DNA of 64,000 nt. Origin: an uncultured Nitrososphaerota archaeon (GTDB lineage: Archaea > Thermoproteota > Nitrososphaeria > Nitrososphaerales > Nitrosopumilaceae). Location of the stretch: contig CAWGPD010000004.1 in NCBI GenBank assembly GCA_963824385.1, positions 448,001 to 512,000 on the forward strand, read 5' to 3'. Positions 54,741-64,000 of the stretch are shown here, piece after piece; within the stretch, counting starts at the first letter, position 1; every line of letters starts with the position of its first letter. Made by a program: the position numbers and the translations under genes. The notes beneath the pieces were generated by a model, which did not search any database, was not told the origin of the DNA, and worked only from the letters and a program-made list of their open reading frames with translations.

Positions 54741-54911
54741 ATGTGTGAATGTGAAAAAGTCCACATGTATGAAGTTGACTTTAAGCTTGATGGAATGATT
54801 GTAGTTCCAACACATAAAAATTGCGGAGATGCCCTTAATGAGAAACAAGTAGACAAGTTTCAAAAAGAACTAGTTAAAACATGGGGCTTCAAAGACGAAA
54901 ACGAAAAGTAA
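54741..54911 (+). CDS. Small Cys/His protein (56 aa), not in the ORF track
   Basis: MCECEKVHMYEVDFKLDGMIVVPTHKNCGDALNEKQVDKFQKELVKTWGFKDENEK. Confidence 0.65.
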   Translation: MCECEKVHMYEVDFKLDGMIVVPTHKNCGDALNEKQVDKFQKELVKTWGFKDENEK

Positions 54912-54925
54912 AACTTGGGCATTTT

Positions 54926-54945
54926 AAAAAATAAAAGAAAAAAAG
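54926..54945 (-). terminator. T-rich terminator for the minus-strand Cys-rich gene
   Basis: Plus-strand A-run aaaaaataaaagaaaaaaa, about 15 nt after the stop. Confidence 0.5.
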
Positions 54946-54959
54946 GTTACTAAAACCTA

Positions 54960-55100
54960 TTAGAATGAAGATACGTGATCTTTGCAAACTGATGCTTTGC
55001 AAGTACATTTAGCTTCACAAAGACAAGAGCCTTGCATTTCACAATCACATTCTGCATTATTTTCTTTGGATGATTCGCATCCACATGCTGCATCGGTCAT
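54960..55100 (-). CDS. Metallothionein-like protein (46 aa, 9 Cys), not in the ORF track
   Basis: MTDAACGCESSKENNAECDCEMQGSCLCEAKCTCKASVCKDHVSSF: four CxC plus C and H. Confidence 0.7.
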   Translation of the reverse strand: MTDAACGCESSKENNAECDCEMQGSCLCEAKCTCKASVCKDHVSSF

Positions 55101-55165
55101 ACTGTGGAGATCTCATACAGGGTTTTAAAAGTTATCGAATAATCACCATATTATGATTCGCTACC

Positions 55166-56086
55166 CTATGGCTGATTTTTTAGATCCCCTAGTATTTCGT
55201 TTGTAGACTGGAGTAAAGTTTTGGCTTGATTATCAATTACCACAGAGTCATGCTCCATATCAAGTCCTATTTTTAGCACATGAATAAATTCAGGATTTTT
55301 ATGAATCTGATTTTTAACTCTAAGGAGATTATTCCTGTTTACGTATCCTAGATAAAAGTAGCAATCTGAAAGAAGTAAATTATCTACAAGATATTCATAT
55401 TTTTTTGTTATAATATCAGAATTTCCATTATTTTCCACCATATTAGAAAATCCAACAGTCGACTTGACCATTCTTGAGAGAAGAGATGTTGATGATCTTT
55501 CAATACCAAGAATTTGATGTATTATAGAAAACGTTTGGTTTACTTTATCCTTCTTCATGTTTCTCATCACTTCAAGCATATGAGTTGGACTTGGTCTCTT
55601 CATATTAAGACAAAAAATAGCGTCTGCCAAAGAATATGATGCACATTTTATCCATGCCCCTGCAAAAGGATCACTGATTTTAATAGAATCTCTTGCTTTG
55701 TTAGCAAGAATCCCTGCATCAACAAGACAGCTCATAGCATGAGAGGTTGCAATTTGTTCTTTCTTTTCATTTATTTTTGACAATAACATTCTGAGCTTCC
55801 ATTGATCATCATTTATGATAGTTAAATCCTGGAGTTGGTGTAAGGTACTACTAGTAGTATCATTAAGTGAACAATGATGTATTTTGACAAAGTCATTTTC
55901 AATACGGTGAACTGATTCTCCAGATTTTTCATCCATCACAGTTATGTTATACTCACAACATTGGAAATGAGTTCCATTACTTCTACAACCTCCCAATCCA
56001 ACAGGAAAATCAGACATTGAAAGTAGAGATGGAATTTGTTTTACATCCATAAAGAACCAGTCTATGATTTTGCTATAAAGTATCAA
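55166..56086 (-). CDS. Conserved hypothetical protein, possible nucleotidyltransferase-like N-terminus plus helical domain
   Basis: GLGGCR…CCEYNITV resembles a degenerate NTase core; likely start MDVKQ. Confidence 0.55.
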   Translation of the reverse strand: MILYSKIIDWFFMDVKQIPSLLSMSDFPVGLGGCRSNGTHFQCCEYNITVMDEKSGESVHRIENDFVKIHHCSLNDTTSSTLHQLQDLTIINDDQWKLRMLLSKINEKKEQIATSHAMSCLVDAGILANKARDSIKISDPFAGAWIKCASYSLADAIFCLNMKRPSPTHMLEVMRNMKKDKVNQTFSIIHQILGIERSSTSLLSRMVKSTVGFSNMVENNGNSDIITKKYEYLVDNLLLSDCYFYLGYVNRNNLLRVKNQIHKNPEFIHVLKIGLDMEHDSVVIDNQAKTLLQSTNEILGDLKNQP

Positions 56087-56159
56087 AGCTGTTAAAATTT
56101 ACAAATCCATTCAAAGGCAAAACGTTCCTTTAAATTGCTATTCTTTATGGCTTAGCTAA

Positions 56160-56235
56160 GCTCCTGTGGTGTAGTCCGGCTAAGCATACTGCCCTCTCAA
56201 GGCAGTGATCCCGGGTTCAAATCCCGGCGGGAGCA
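56160..56235 (+). tRNA. tRNA-Glu(CTC)
   Basis: GCTCCTG/CGGGAGC acceptor, CTGCC-CT-CTC-AA-GGCAG, GGTTCAAATCC. Confidence 0.95.
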
Positions 56236-56307
56236 TCTTTTCATATATTTTTTAAAAAATTCTACAATTTAAATTTAAAATTAGTATCTTACTATACCAA
56301 GATTTGA

Positions 56308-56817
56308 TCAAGTTACATTAATTGTAGTACTAAGTACACCAGTTAACGGAATAGCAGATGACAAGCTATCCCAGACAAATACTTCAATAGTATATTGTCC
56401 ACCGTTCTTTGGAATCCACACCTGTGATGCATTAAAGGATTGGTTTGAAAGCATTGATGCTGACATTCCTTGTAGAAAATCTGTACCACCGCTACTGTCC
56501 ATGACTTGAACCAAATAGGTGAACTTTTGATTAGATGTACCATGGTTTGTAAGTGTAGACTCGACTCCAATCTCTTGGCCAACTTGAAAACTAGAAACTG
56601 CGTGTCCAAAAGGATCTACCATACTAGGCGGGGTCAATGTTATACCCCCATCAGTTGCAAGAGCTGATTGTGTAAATCCAAATAAAATAACAGTTCCAAG
56701 TAAAAATAAACTAGTCTTCAATAATTTGAGGAGCCGATATCGATATAAAACACTTACGTACAAATCACAAGAAATAACAATCAACCTCATCTTAATCGCG
56801 TACAAACTTCTAGTCAC
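56308..56817 (-). CDS. Secreted single Ig-like-domain protein
   Basis: Paralog of 50090..50545; true start probably ~56720. Confidence 0.65.
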   Translation of the reverse strand: MTRSLYAIKMRLIVISCDLYVSVLYRYRLLKLLKTSLFLLGTVILFGFTQSALATDGGITLTPPSMVDPFGHAVSSFQVGQEIGVESTLTNHGTSNQKFTYLVQVMDSSGGTDFLQGMSASMLSNQSFNASQVWIPKNGGQYTIEVFVWDSLSSAIPLTGVLSTTINVT

Positions 56818-56999
56818 GCAGTGATTCTCTTCACTACAATTTCATGTCCTTCATAAATGTGCGAGGCATGATTTATTTTTATTATCTCATTTATTTTTTG
56901 TTCTGAAAAATATTTTTCATTATACCGGCCTAAACTTTTTTTACAATTAAAACAGTAAATCTCTCTAAACTCCACACATAAAAAATGGTTTTATTGTAT

Positions 57000-57569
57000 T
57001 TAAGATTCTATATTTGAAGATCCAGGTTGGTCTTTATTTTGATAGAACTGAATTTTGGAGACTTTGTAATAAATTACTTCTCCTCTTCTTTCAATTACTG
57101 CAAGCACTGGTTCCTTGCCCATCGTGGTAATGTCTTCTATTTGTTTTTGAAGCAATCCAATTTTCTCTCTCTTACCTTCAGTTAATCCAAATACGACATA
57201 TTTTGCACCTTTTTCGCCAAATTGCCCCCTTTCATAAACCCGAAAATCGGACCCAAATCCAAATCCATCTTTTGCAATATATCCTCTAGTTCTAAGATCT
57301 CTATATATCAGAAATTTTGTGAAAGAATCAGGATCAAGTTTGATACATTCTGCCATCAAAGTATCAAAATCTATCTGATGGGTTCCTCTGAAGATCTTGA
57401 GTTTATCAATATAAAGTAAATATAGAGATTCAAATGGTTTAAGGAAAAATTTCTTTTTAATTATCTCTCCAAATCCTTTGAGCTCTAAAACATGCTGCAT
57501 ATCTTTGTCAGATACAAGAACATGATCTTTTACTAGAGCTCCTTCTACTCTAGACTCTAACTCGGACAT
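57000..57569 (-). CDS. endA: tRNA-intron endonuclease subunit (probably the structural one)
   Basis: E.LYL, F..YRDLR.RGY…GF.FG.DFRVY, LAV…G…YY; catalytic His not evident. Confidence 0.85.
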   Translation of the reverse strand: MSELESRVEGALVKDHVLVSDKDMQHVLELKGFGEIIKKKFFLKPFESLYLLYIDKLKIFRGTHQIDFDTLMAECIKLDPDSFTKFLIYRDLRTRGYIAKDGFGFGSDFRVYERGQFGEKGAKYVVFGLTEGKREKIGLLQKQIEDITTMGKEPVLAVIERRGEVIYYKVSKIQFYQNKDQPGSSNIES

Positions 57570-57777
57570 TGAAATCCAATGGACTATTATCAATATAATA
57601 GATCTTGTCGTTCTAAAGAGAAATCGTTTCTAAGATAAACACGAAAGGAAGACATCTCTGGTGAGTGATACATCCAACATCAAGAATTTTTAGAGTTATT
57701 TCACTTCTAAAATACCTAGGAAGCACCGATATGATCTCACGGTTAAAATATAGGGCTTGAACAAAAAAAGTGTTATC

Positions 57778-58287
57778 ATGCACGGAGCAAATTACCGAGT
57801 TGGAAATGGCCAACCATATACAAGAAAGAAGTACATCAAGGGTAAGCCTCAGATAAAAATTGCTAAATTCTACGGAGGAAAAAAAGACGGAGATTACGAT
57901 TATTGCGTACAGCTTTGTTCACAACAAAAGATGCAGATAAGACACATGGCAATTGAATCTGCTAGATTATCTGCAAACAAGGCAATCGAAACAGTTACTG
58001 GAGAAACAGGATATTATTCTACATTAAGAGTATATCCACATATTTTGTTAAGAGAGAATAAAATGATTGCAACTGCAGGTGCAGACAGATTATCTGAAGG
58101 AATGCGAGGAGCATTTGGTAAAGCTGTGAGTTTAGCAGCACGCATAGAAATAGGACAAGTAATAATGGAGGCACATGTGAAAAAAGAACATCTTGATGCA
58201 GCAAAAAAAGCACTACATGGCGCGTCTGTAAAACTACCATGTACTCCAATGATCAAAGTAATTTCATTAAAAACAGTCTCAGCTTAA
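57778..58287 (+). CDS. rpl10e: 50S ribosomal protein L10e (uL16)
   Basis: PYTR..YI.G.P, QIRH.A.E.AR, YPH..LRENKM…AGADR…GMR.AFGK. Confidence 0.96.
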   Translation: MHGANYRVGNGQPYTRKKYIKGKPQIKIAKFYGGKKDGDYDYCVQLCSQQKMQIRHMAIESARLSANKAIETVTGETGYYSTLRVYPHILLRENKMIATAGADRLSEGMRGAFGKAVSLAARIEIGQVIMEAHVKKEHLDAAKKALHGASVKLPCTPMIKVISLKTVSA

Positions 58288-58554
58288 TTTTAAAGAGTTA
58301 AGAATTTCTTTTTGTTTTGTATTTAGAATATTAAGAAATTCATCAAACTCAGCACTTGTAGGATTACGTTTTAAAATTCTTCGACATTGATAATAAAATG
58401 AATTATACAATCTACCTATTACTATACCATAACCAAATGAGTCTGAGTGAGTCTTCAATTCATCTAGTGATTTTACAATTTTGAAAATTTCATCTGATTT
58501 ATCTGCAACCTCATTTATTTTTTGATTTAATTTTACTTCAAGTTGTTTGTCCAT
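58279..58554 (-). CDS. Conserved hypothetical protein
   Basis: F.YG…GRLYNSFYYQ.RR.L.R.PT..EF.EF. Confidence 0.65.
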   Translation of the reverse strand: MDKQLEVKLNQKINEVADKSDEIFKIVKSLDELKTHSDSFGYGIVIGRLYNSFYYQCRRILKRNPTSAEFDEFLNILNTKQKEILNSLKLS

Positions 58555-58636
58555 GACATACCTTTACAACATCATGTTAAAAAATAGTATTCTAAACAGT
58601 ACCCTTTAATAGACTAATAATTTCTAAATCGGTTAA

Positions 58637-58711
58637 GCGGTTGTAGTATAGACTTGGTTATTATGCGGGATTGCCAATTCTGCGACCCGGGTCCAAATCC
58701 CGGCAACCGCA
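58637..58711 (+). tRNA. tRNA-Gly(GCC)
   Basis: GCGGTTG/CAACCGC acceptor, TT-GCC-AA loop; T-loop reads TCC rather than TTC. Confidence 0.9.
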
Positions 58712-58712
58712 T

Positions 58713-59135
58713 TTACTTATGCAAGCCTTTTCTAATTATGTCCAATGCATTTTGAGCTCTTTCAGGTTTTGGTAGCTGTATCATGAATACATTAGATTCA
58801 CCATATTGTGAATTAGGAGAAGAAAGAGCAAGTAGTGAAGTTTCTGCCAGTGCTTCAAAGAATTCTACATTTTCATTTGCGTATATTAAAAATTTTTCTT
58901 CAATATTTCCTTGTGAAAACTGTAATGTAACTTTAACAAAAACATGACCTAGTCCATCCTGGAGTATGTTTAGATTAGTCTCAATAGAAACTGGTTTTCC
59001 AGCTATAGTCTTCATTATATTATCAAATTTTCTTTCGTCCAGAATAATACAAGGGACTTGCTTCCCTTCAAAATCAGAGAGAGTAACATCTTTGTGCCTT
59101 TCTGAGAGAAATTTCTCTAGTTCTTCGTTAGCCAT
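58713..59135 (-). CDS. Conserved hypothetical protein
   Basis: 140-aa ORF. Confidence 0.65.
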   Translation of the reverse strand: MANEELEKFLSERHKDVTLSDFEGKQVPCIILDERKFDNIMKTIAGKPVSIETNLNILQDGLGHVFVKVTLQFSQGNIEEKFLIYANENVEFFEALAETSLLALSSPNSQYGESNVFMIQLPKPERAQNALDIIRKGLHK

Positions 59136-59183
59136 AAAAGAAATGTATAATGACTTTTTAAAAAGATACTCTGTAAATTGAGA

Positions 59184-60785
59184 TCAAATGATGCTTAGAG
59201 TTTTTGCCAAAAACTCTATTCGTTCATTGTCTTCTTCAGAGATTTTCTTGCCACCATATTTGTTATTGAAATATATCAGATCTACCATCTTTGACTTGTC
59301 AATATTTACAACTGTGGCATTATACGGAGTTTGAATCTTTTTGTTTGTAAGTATAATCAGCTTGTCAACTATTGCCGATTTTGATATATCAGATATTTGA
59401 TCCAGATCAGGAATACCTAATTCATTGGCAATTATGGCCAATCCCACCTTTGAACCAAAATTATCCTGATACACAGCATCAAGAAGTAAATTTTGCTTTT
59501 CTAGTTTTTGTATTGTACCCATTTCCTGCGCAAAGATGGTCAGACTTTTGACTGCTTTTTTAATTTCCTTTTCACTATCGATGTTATTTCTTCGTATTGT
59601 TAAGAAATCAGATATTGGAATATTCATAATACTTCCTCGTACTCTAAGTCCTGGATATGATTGTCGTATTGCTTCATCAATTACATTTTCGTCAATTTTT
59701 TTAGAATTTGATTGCATTGCTTTTTCCATTGCTTGATACAATATATTAATAACAGAACGCACATTTCTAAACTCGCTAAATTCATCATAAAGTACTTGAA
59801 TTTTGTCTTCTAATTCTTGTTGTTCCTCTATTCCAAATTTACCATTTTTATCACAATGTTTTATGTATTCTGTCACAATTTCAGCAAGTTCATCTTTAGA
59901 GTTTGATCCTGCTAGATCTATTTTGTAATTTGCCTTTTCAAGCCTATCAAATACAGACGGATTAGTATTTTGTATCTCCAAATAACCTGATGGAGTAGAT
60001 ATTAGCAATAATATGGATGCAGGAAGATGTGCGTTTATCACACCCTTAATGAATTCAGTTGAATCTTTATTTCCATCAAGCTCGTCTATTTCAAAGACAA
60101 GAATTTTTCCTAAAAATCTATGAGTCAGACGAGATATTGAGGATAGCATTCCAATTAGCGTTTCCAAGTTTTTAACTTCATCAAAAGAATTCGAGATTAC
60201 ATTTCTAATTAAAATGGATTCGTGATATTCAAATTTGTGAACTAGATACTTGGTCAGATTTTCTATAGATATAGAGTGTTTTTCAGTTATGATATCCTCA
60301 GTTTTTTCTTTTATGGTCATCCCAGTGAGCTTATTTACAAAAGTATAATCAAGTGCCTTTTTGGCTAAATTGTCTCCTTGTTCAGCATTTTCTCGTATAT
60401 AATTTAAGAATTTTATTCTTAATTGTACAAAGAATTCATTATCAAATCCCTTGAGTATCGCATCATAAATTCCAGAGGTACTCTTTGGTGAAATCGTTGA
60501 CAAATCAACATACGAGCATTCAGTGTTGTATCGTCCTTTGAGACTCTTTACATGTAAAGCCAAATGAGTTTTTCCAGAACCTACATCTTGTACAACAGTA
60601 ATTACTCTAAAATCTCCATTTTCAGCAGTTCTACCTTCTACTTTTCTATTTAGTTCCTTTATACATTCAAGCACAGCAACTTTTGCTTCTTTATGTCTTC
60701 TACCTCCAAGTATTTTTGCGTCTTTTTCTGTTGGGGTTGGACTACTGGGATATGGATTTTGTTGTAGATGATAAGGATACATCAA
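59184..60785 (-). CDS. P-loop AAA+/STAND-like ATPase (533 aa) of unknown function
   Basis: NPY..P.P N-terminus, DVGSGKTHL, VFEIDELD, S.FDRL, RNVR..I..L..A. Confidence 0.75.
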   Translation of the reverse strand: MMYPYHLQQNPYPSSPTPTEKDAKILGGRRHKEAKVAVLECIKELNRKVEGRTAENGDFRVITVVQDVGSGKTHLALHVKSLKGRYNTECSYVDLSTISPKSTSGIYDAILKGFDNEFFVQLRIKFLNYIRENAEQGDNLAKKALDYTFVNKLTGMTIKEKTEDIITEKHSISIENLTKYLVHKFEYHESILIRNVISNSFDEVKNLETLIGMLSSISRLTHRFLGKILVFEIDELDGNKDSTEFIKGVINAHLPASILLLISTPSGYLEIQNTNPSVFDRLEKANYKIDLAGSNSKDELAEIVTEYIKHCDKNGKFGIEEQQELEDKIQVLYDEFSEFRNVRSVINILYQAMEKAMQSNSKKIDENVIDEAIRQSYPGLRVRGSIMNIPISDFLTIRRNNIDSEKEIKKAVKSLTIFAQEMGTIQKLEKQNLLLDAVYQDNFGSKVGLAIIANELGIPDLDQISDISKSAIVDKLIILTNKKIQTPYNATVVNIDKSKMVDLIYFNNKYGGKKISEEDNERIEFLAKTLSII

Positions 60786-61354
60786 ATATTCCTCACGTAA
60801 CCATGAACAAGTCCACGCATTACAATTCCCTCATGACCACCAGAAGAAATTTCATACCTGTCTCTATGATTTTCAATCAAACTTGATGCCATTTGATAGA
60901 ATTTATCCTTGGAAAGATTTTGAGTTTCACAGACTTTCTCTCTGATTTTTGTAAATGGAACCCAGCCTATTGAAGTCGAAGATTCATTTAATGAACTATT
61001 AAACACACCCTCGAAATCTTCGTTTTTAGATACACCTTCTTGCATTGAATATTTTTCCAATTCTTCTTCTAGAGTTTCTGCATGTGCTTTTACTTTTGCA
61101 AGAGACTGACTTACATTCACAAACATGTTAAGCATTAATTTGAATTTTGGATCATTTTGTGTTATATGTTGAATGTAGTTCTCTTTGGTCCAGATAAAAT
61201 ACGCTACACCTTTTTTTTCAATAAAGATTTGCTCTTTTGCCTTTAATTCTTCAAGTATACTCTCACAGTCCTTTCCAAATGTCTTTTTCAGCTCAGTTTT
61301 TTTTATTCCAGTAATCCCTGAAGATTCAATTGTTCCTAGTATCGCCTCTATCAT
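60782..61354 (-). CDS. wHTH / coiled-coil / wHTH-like protein coupled to the ATPase
   Basis: GI.K.EL…LE.L…I; GWVPF..IREKV…L….F; 4-nt overlap with the ATPase start. Confidence 0.6.
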   Translation of the reverse strand: MIEAILGTIESSGITGIKKTELKKTFGKDCESILEELKAKEQIFIEKKGVAYFIWTKENYIQHITQNDPKFKLMLNMFVNVSQSLAKVKAHAETLEEELEKYSMQEGVSKNEDFEGVFNSSLNESSTSIGWVPFTKIREKVCETQNLSKDKFYQMASSLIENHRDRYEISSGGHEGIVMRGLVHGYVRNI

Positions 61355-61619
61355 AGATAAGACTCCATGAGATTTTATTTAATAGCCAATGTGATAGAGG
61401 GTAACAATTTGGTGAAGATTTGTTACCTCATACATCAAGACATGGAACATATGAAAGAACCATTTTCAAAGCAAAGATCGGTCACAATATAAGGCATAAT
61501 GCGATAGAACACATTGCAGAATGATGATTAGGTATGCTGATTTATGATGAATTATACCTGGGGTATCTGACTGCTTTAGAAATATGAGACATGAAACCGA
61601 CAAAGATTAAATCTAAAAG

Positions 61620-62015
61620 ATGTTAACTAATGACATATTGAATTCATCAAGTGACCCATGGAAAGATAAACTAACTTCTGAGCAATATGACATTTGTAGA
61701 AGGAAAGGAACAGAGCCTCCCTTCACAGGGATATATTATGATTGTAAGGAAAAAGGCATGTACAAGTGCATATGCTGTGGAACTGAACTGTTTAACTCTG
61801 AGACAAAATTTGATTCAGGAACAGGATGGCCAAGCTTTTGGGAGTCAGTTTCGGACAATGTAAAGATGGAGAAAGATACTAGCTATGGGGTGTTAAGAGT
61901 AGAAGTCTTGTGCAAAAAGTGTGGTGCACATCTTGGGCATGTCTTTGAAGATGGACCAAATCCCACGGGTTTACGATATTGCATAAATTCTGCATCCCTA
62001 AAACTCGAAAAATAA
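61620..62015 (+). CDS. msrB: Peptide methionine sulfoxide reductase B
   Basis: [40 protein letters not shown]. Confidence 0.96.
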   Translation: MLTNDILNSSSDPWKDKLTSEQYDICRRKGTEPPFTGIYYDCKEKGMYKCICCGTELFNSETKFDSGTGWPSFWESVSDNVKMEKDTSYGVLRVEVLCKKCGAHLGHVFEDGPNPTGLRYCINSASLKLEK

Positions 62016-62247
62016 AGTAGGTAATAGCAAAGTTACCCTGTTATTAATAGTACCGTATGGTACCGTAATACATGTTAAATTGTGAGTTTTGTCCAAAGCA
62101 GTTCTTTGAAACTGCAAATGGTTTAGTAGCAAAGACTTTTCATGAGAGTCTTCATGATCCAGATTTAGTAAACAACTAAACCTGGAAACCTTTTTTGTAC
62201 TATACAAAATCAAACCCTAACTTTTTTATCGGTTGTTATTATTCTAA

Positions 62248-63658
62248 TTGCAAGTGACTAAATCAAAACGAGTAGAATCAAAACCTAGATCTAAAGATCC
62301 TACGCATGATGTTGTCAAAAAAATGTCTTCAATCTCGGATGCTACCAAAATTCTAGCCACTGAAGTAAAAACAATGTCAAAGATATTTGTAGAGAATCAA
62401 AAGATATTGATTTCTTTAAAGGATATGATATCATCAGTAAATTCATCACTTGATCAAATTCAGAAAAATTCAAGACAAATAAACATAATAGAAGAAGATA
62501 CGCAGCGTCTATTTTCTGGGATAAGTCAAGTTAAAGCACATTCCAACATAATAGACAAGATTAACAACCAAATTAATAGACTTCAGGATCACGTAGAAAA
62601 AATTCGAGATAAACAAGAATCCATGCCAGACACCAACAAGATAATGCAAAGTGTTGCAGACAGTATGGATTCTATTAGAAATAACACCAAAATGATAATG
62701 CATGTATCAGAAAAAACTGAAAAAATACGTGAAGAGATCAAAAATGTAGCAGGCGGTAAAGAGTATCTATCAAATCTAAGTAAAGAAATAGAAGAATTAA
62801 GAAAAAGTACAAATGAAATGTCAGCCAAGACAGAATCATTATCTAATTTACATCAAGAAATTGAAGAGGTAAGACAGAATACAAAAGAGATCTCCTCAAA
62901 AACTGAAAAAATGTCAGGATTGGAAGATAGCATATCGAACCTAAAAGGGGAAATAAGTACAATCATTTCCAAAACAGATTCAATTTCAAGACTTGAATGC
63001 CCAGATAAGAAACATAGGCATAGAAATTGATTCAATGGGGAAGAAAACAGATTCGCTATCAGTACTGAGTGATGACATTAGGAACATAAATTCTGAATTT
63101 ACCAACTTCAAAACAAACATCCTTGGAAAGAGTAAAGATCTTGATGGAAAGATAACAGATTTTGCAGAATTATTAAACAGGAATTCATCATCTATCTCTG
63201 AGTTTAACAAGAAAACTTATGAGATTTCTCAGCAATTACAAGATATCAGTCATGTAACTCACAAGACATCTCAGAATACATCACATGAAGTAATGGGATT
63301 GCTGCGGTTATCAGAATTCCAATCAAATATCAGAATGCGTTCTGAATCAAAATATGGTACGTTGGAAGACATTGAGAAAATGGTAAGTCAAACTAAAGAC
63401 ATGATAAATCTGTTTGACCGTATTTCTATAGAGGTAGAAACAAAAATGTCACTGCCCTTCGAAGTAAAACAGTGGAGCATATCAAAGATCTTGGATTGTG
63501 CGGATAGATGGGAGATAAGGTTTACAGATGTGTTTAGACTTTTAATTACAGAACTTGGTTTGGATATTGTAAAAGAAGTAATTAGAATAGAACAAGTTCG
63601 TGATCTTTTTGGAATTAGAGCAGTAGATGAAATAAGACGTGAATTAAATATCTCTTAG
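62248..63658 (+). CDS. Long coiled-coil protein (~469 aa; chemoreceptor-like heptads), extra base at ~62991
   Basis: AGACT read as AGCT joins 62248..63030 and 62993..63658. Confidence 0.7.
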
Positions 63659-63659
63659 G

Positions 63660-64000
63660 TCAGTCTGTCATTTCAAAAGATTCTAGTCTTTCCTTTTTCT
63701 TCTTAAGAAGAGCAAAGATTCCAATTATTACTGCGACCCATATACTTCCAAACAACATGTTTGAAATACTGACATACATGTAGGGTGTTGCATCAAGCAA
63801 ATTGAATACTAATGTTGTGGCTTGAGAATGAATGTTAATCATACCTGTATGAAATGCCGCTGTGTCAGGTGAAGTAGTAGATACTTTATCAAGTGTAGAC
63901 AGCATTGTGTTAAGGTCTTTTTGCATCAATCCAAAATCAGTTTCGTCTGTTGGAAATATCCAAACAGGATTTCCAGATTTCGGTACGAGTTGTTGAACTA
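63660..64000 (-). CDS. C-terminal part of a membrane-anchored hypothetical protein (runs off the window)
   Basis: C-terminal TM plus KKKK. Confidence 0.55.
   Translation of the reverse strand, partial: VQQLVPKSGNPVWIFPTDETDFGLMQKDLNTMLSTLDKVSTTSPDTAAFHTGMINIHSQATTLVFNLLDATPYMYVSISNMLFGSIWVAVIIGIFALLKKKKERLESFEMTD

Noticed and set aside
62050..62070. TACCGTA direct repeat resembling the transposase promoter units
   Set aside because: Too short, with no associated element

Overview
AT-rich chromosomal segment of an ammonia-oxidising archaeon (Nitrososphaerota/Thaumarchaeota, probably Nitrosopumilales and Nitrosotalea-like; inferred from PEFG-CTERM proteins, CdvC, DUF6659-like proteins and gene style). 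Mostly housekeeping: two tetrapyrrole/heme clusters (hemL-C-cobA-D; hemB-A-sirC with ahbAB and a chdC/Cld-like gene), SUF genes (sufB-D-Rieske-S-U, with sufC separate), pgk, ssb, cdvC, rpl10e, msrB, a tRNA-intron endonuclease subunit, three tRNAs, two ABC modules and several surface proteins, including a ~1760-aa NHL/HYR-repeat protein. One small accessory region carries a SWIM/Zn-ribbon DDE transposase, an RHH gene and a candidate toxin-antitoxin pair. Main findings: (1) about 20 single-base frameshifts fall almost all on AGCT and the rest on or beside GATC, which points to read errors at methylated motifs rather than pseudogenes; (2) a 46-aa, 9-Cys metallothionein-like gene missed by the ORF track; (3) an uncharacterised wHTH + AAA-ATPase gene pair; (4) a possible hybrid Ahb/ChdC heme route; (5) C-A mismatches in the intron-containing tRNA-Leu; (6) a repeated palindromic operator-like motif around a wHTH gene. 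All family calls come from motif recognition by eye; no searches were run.
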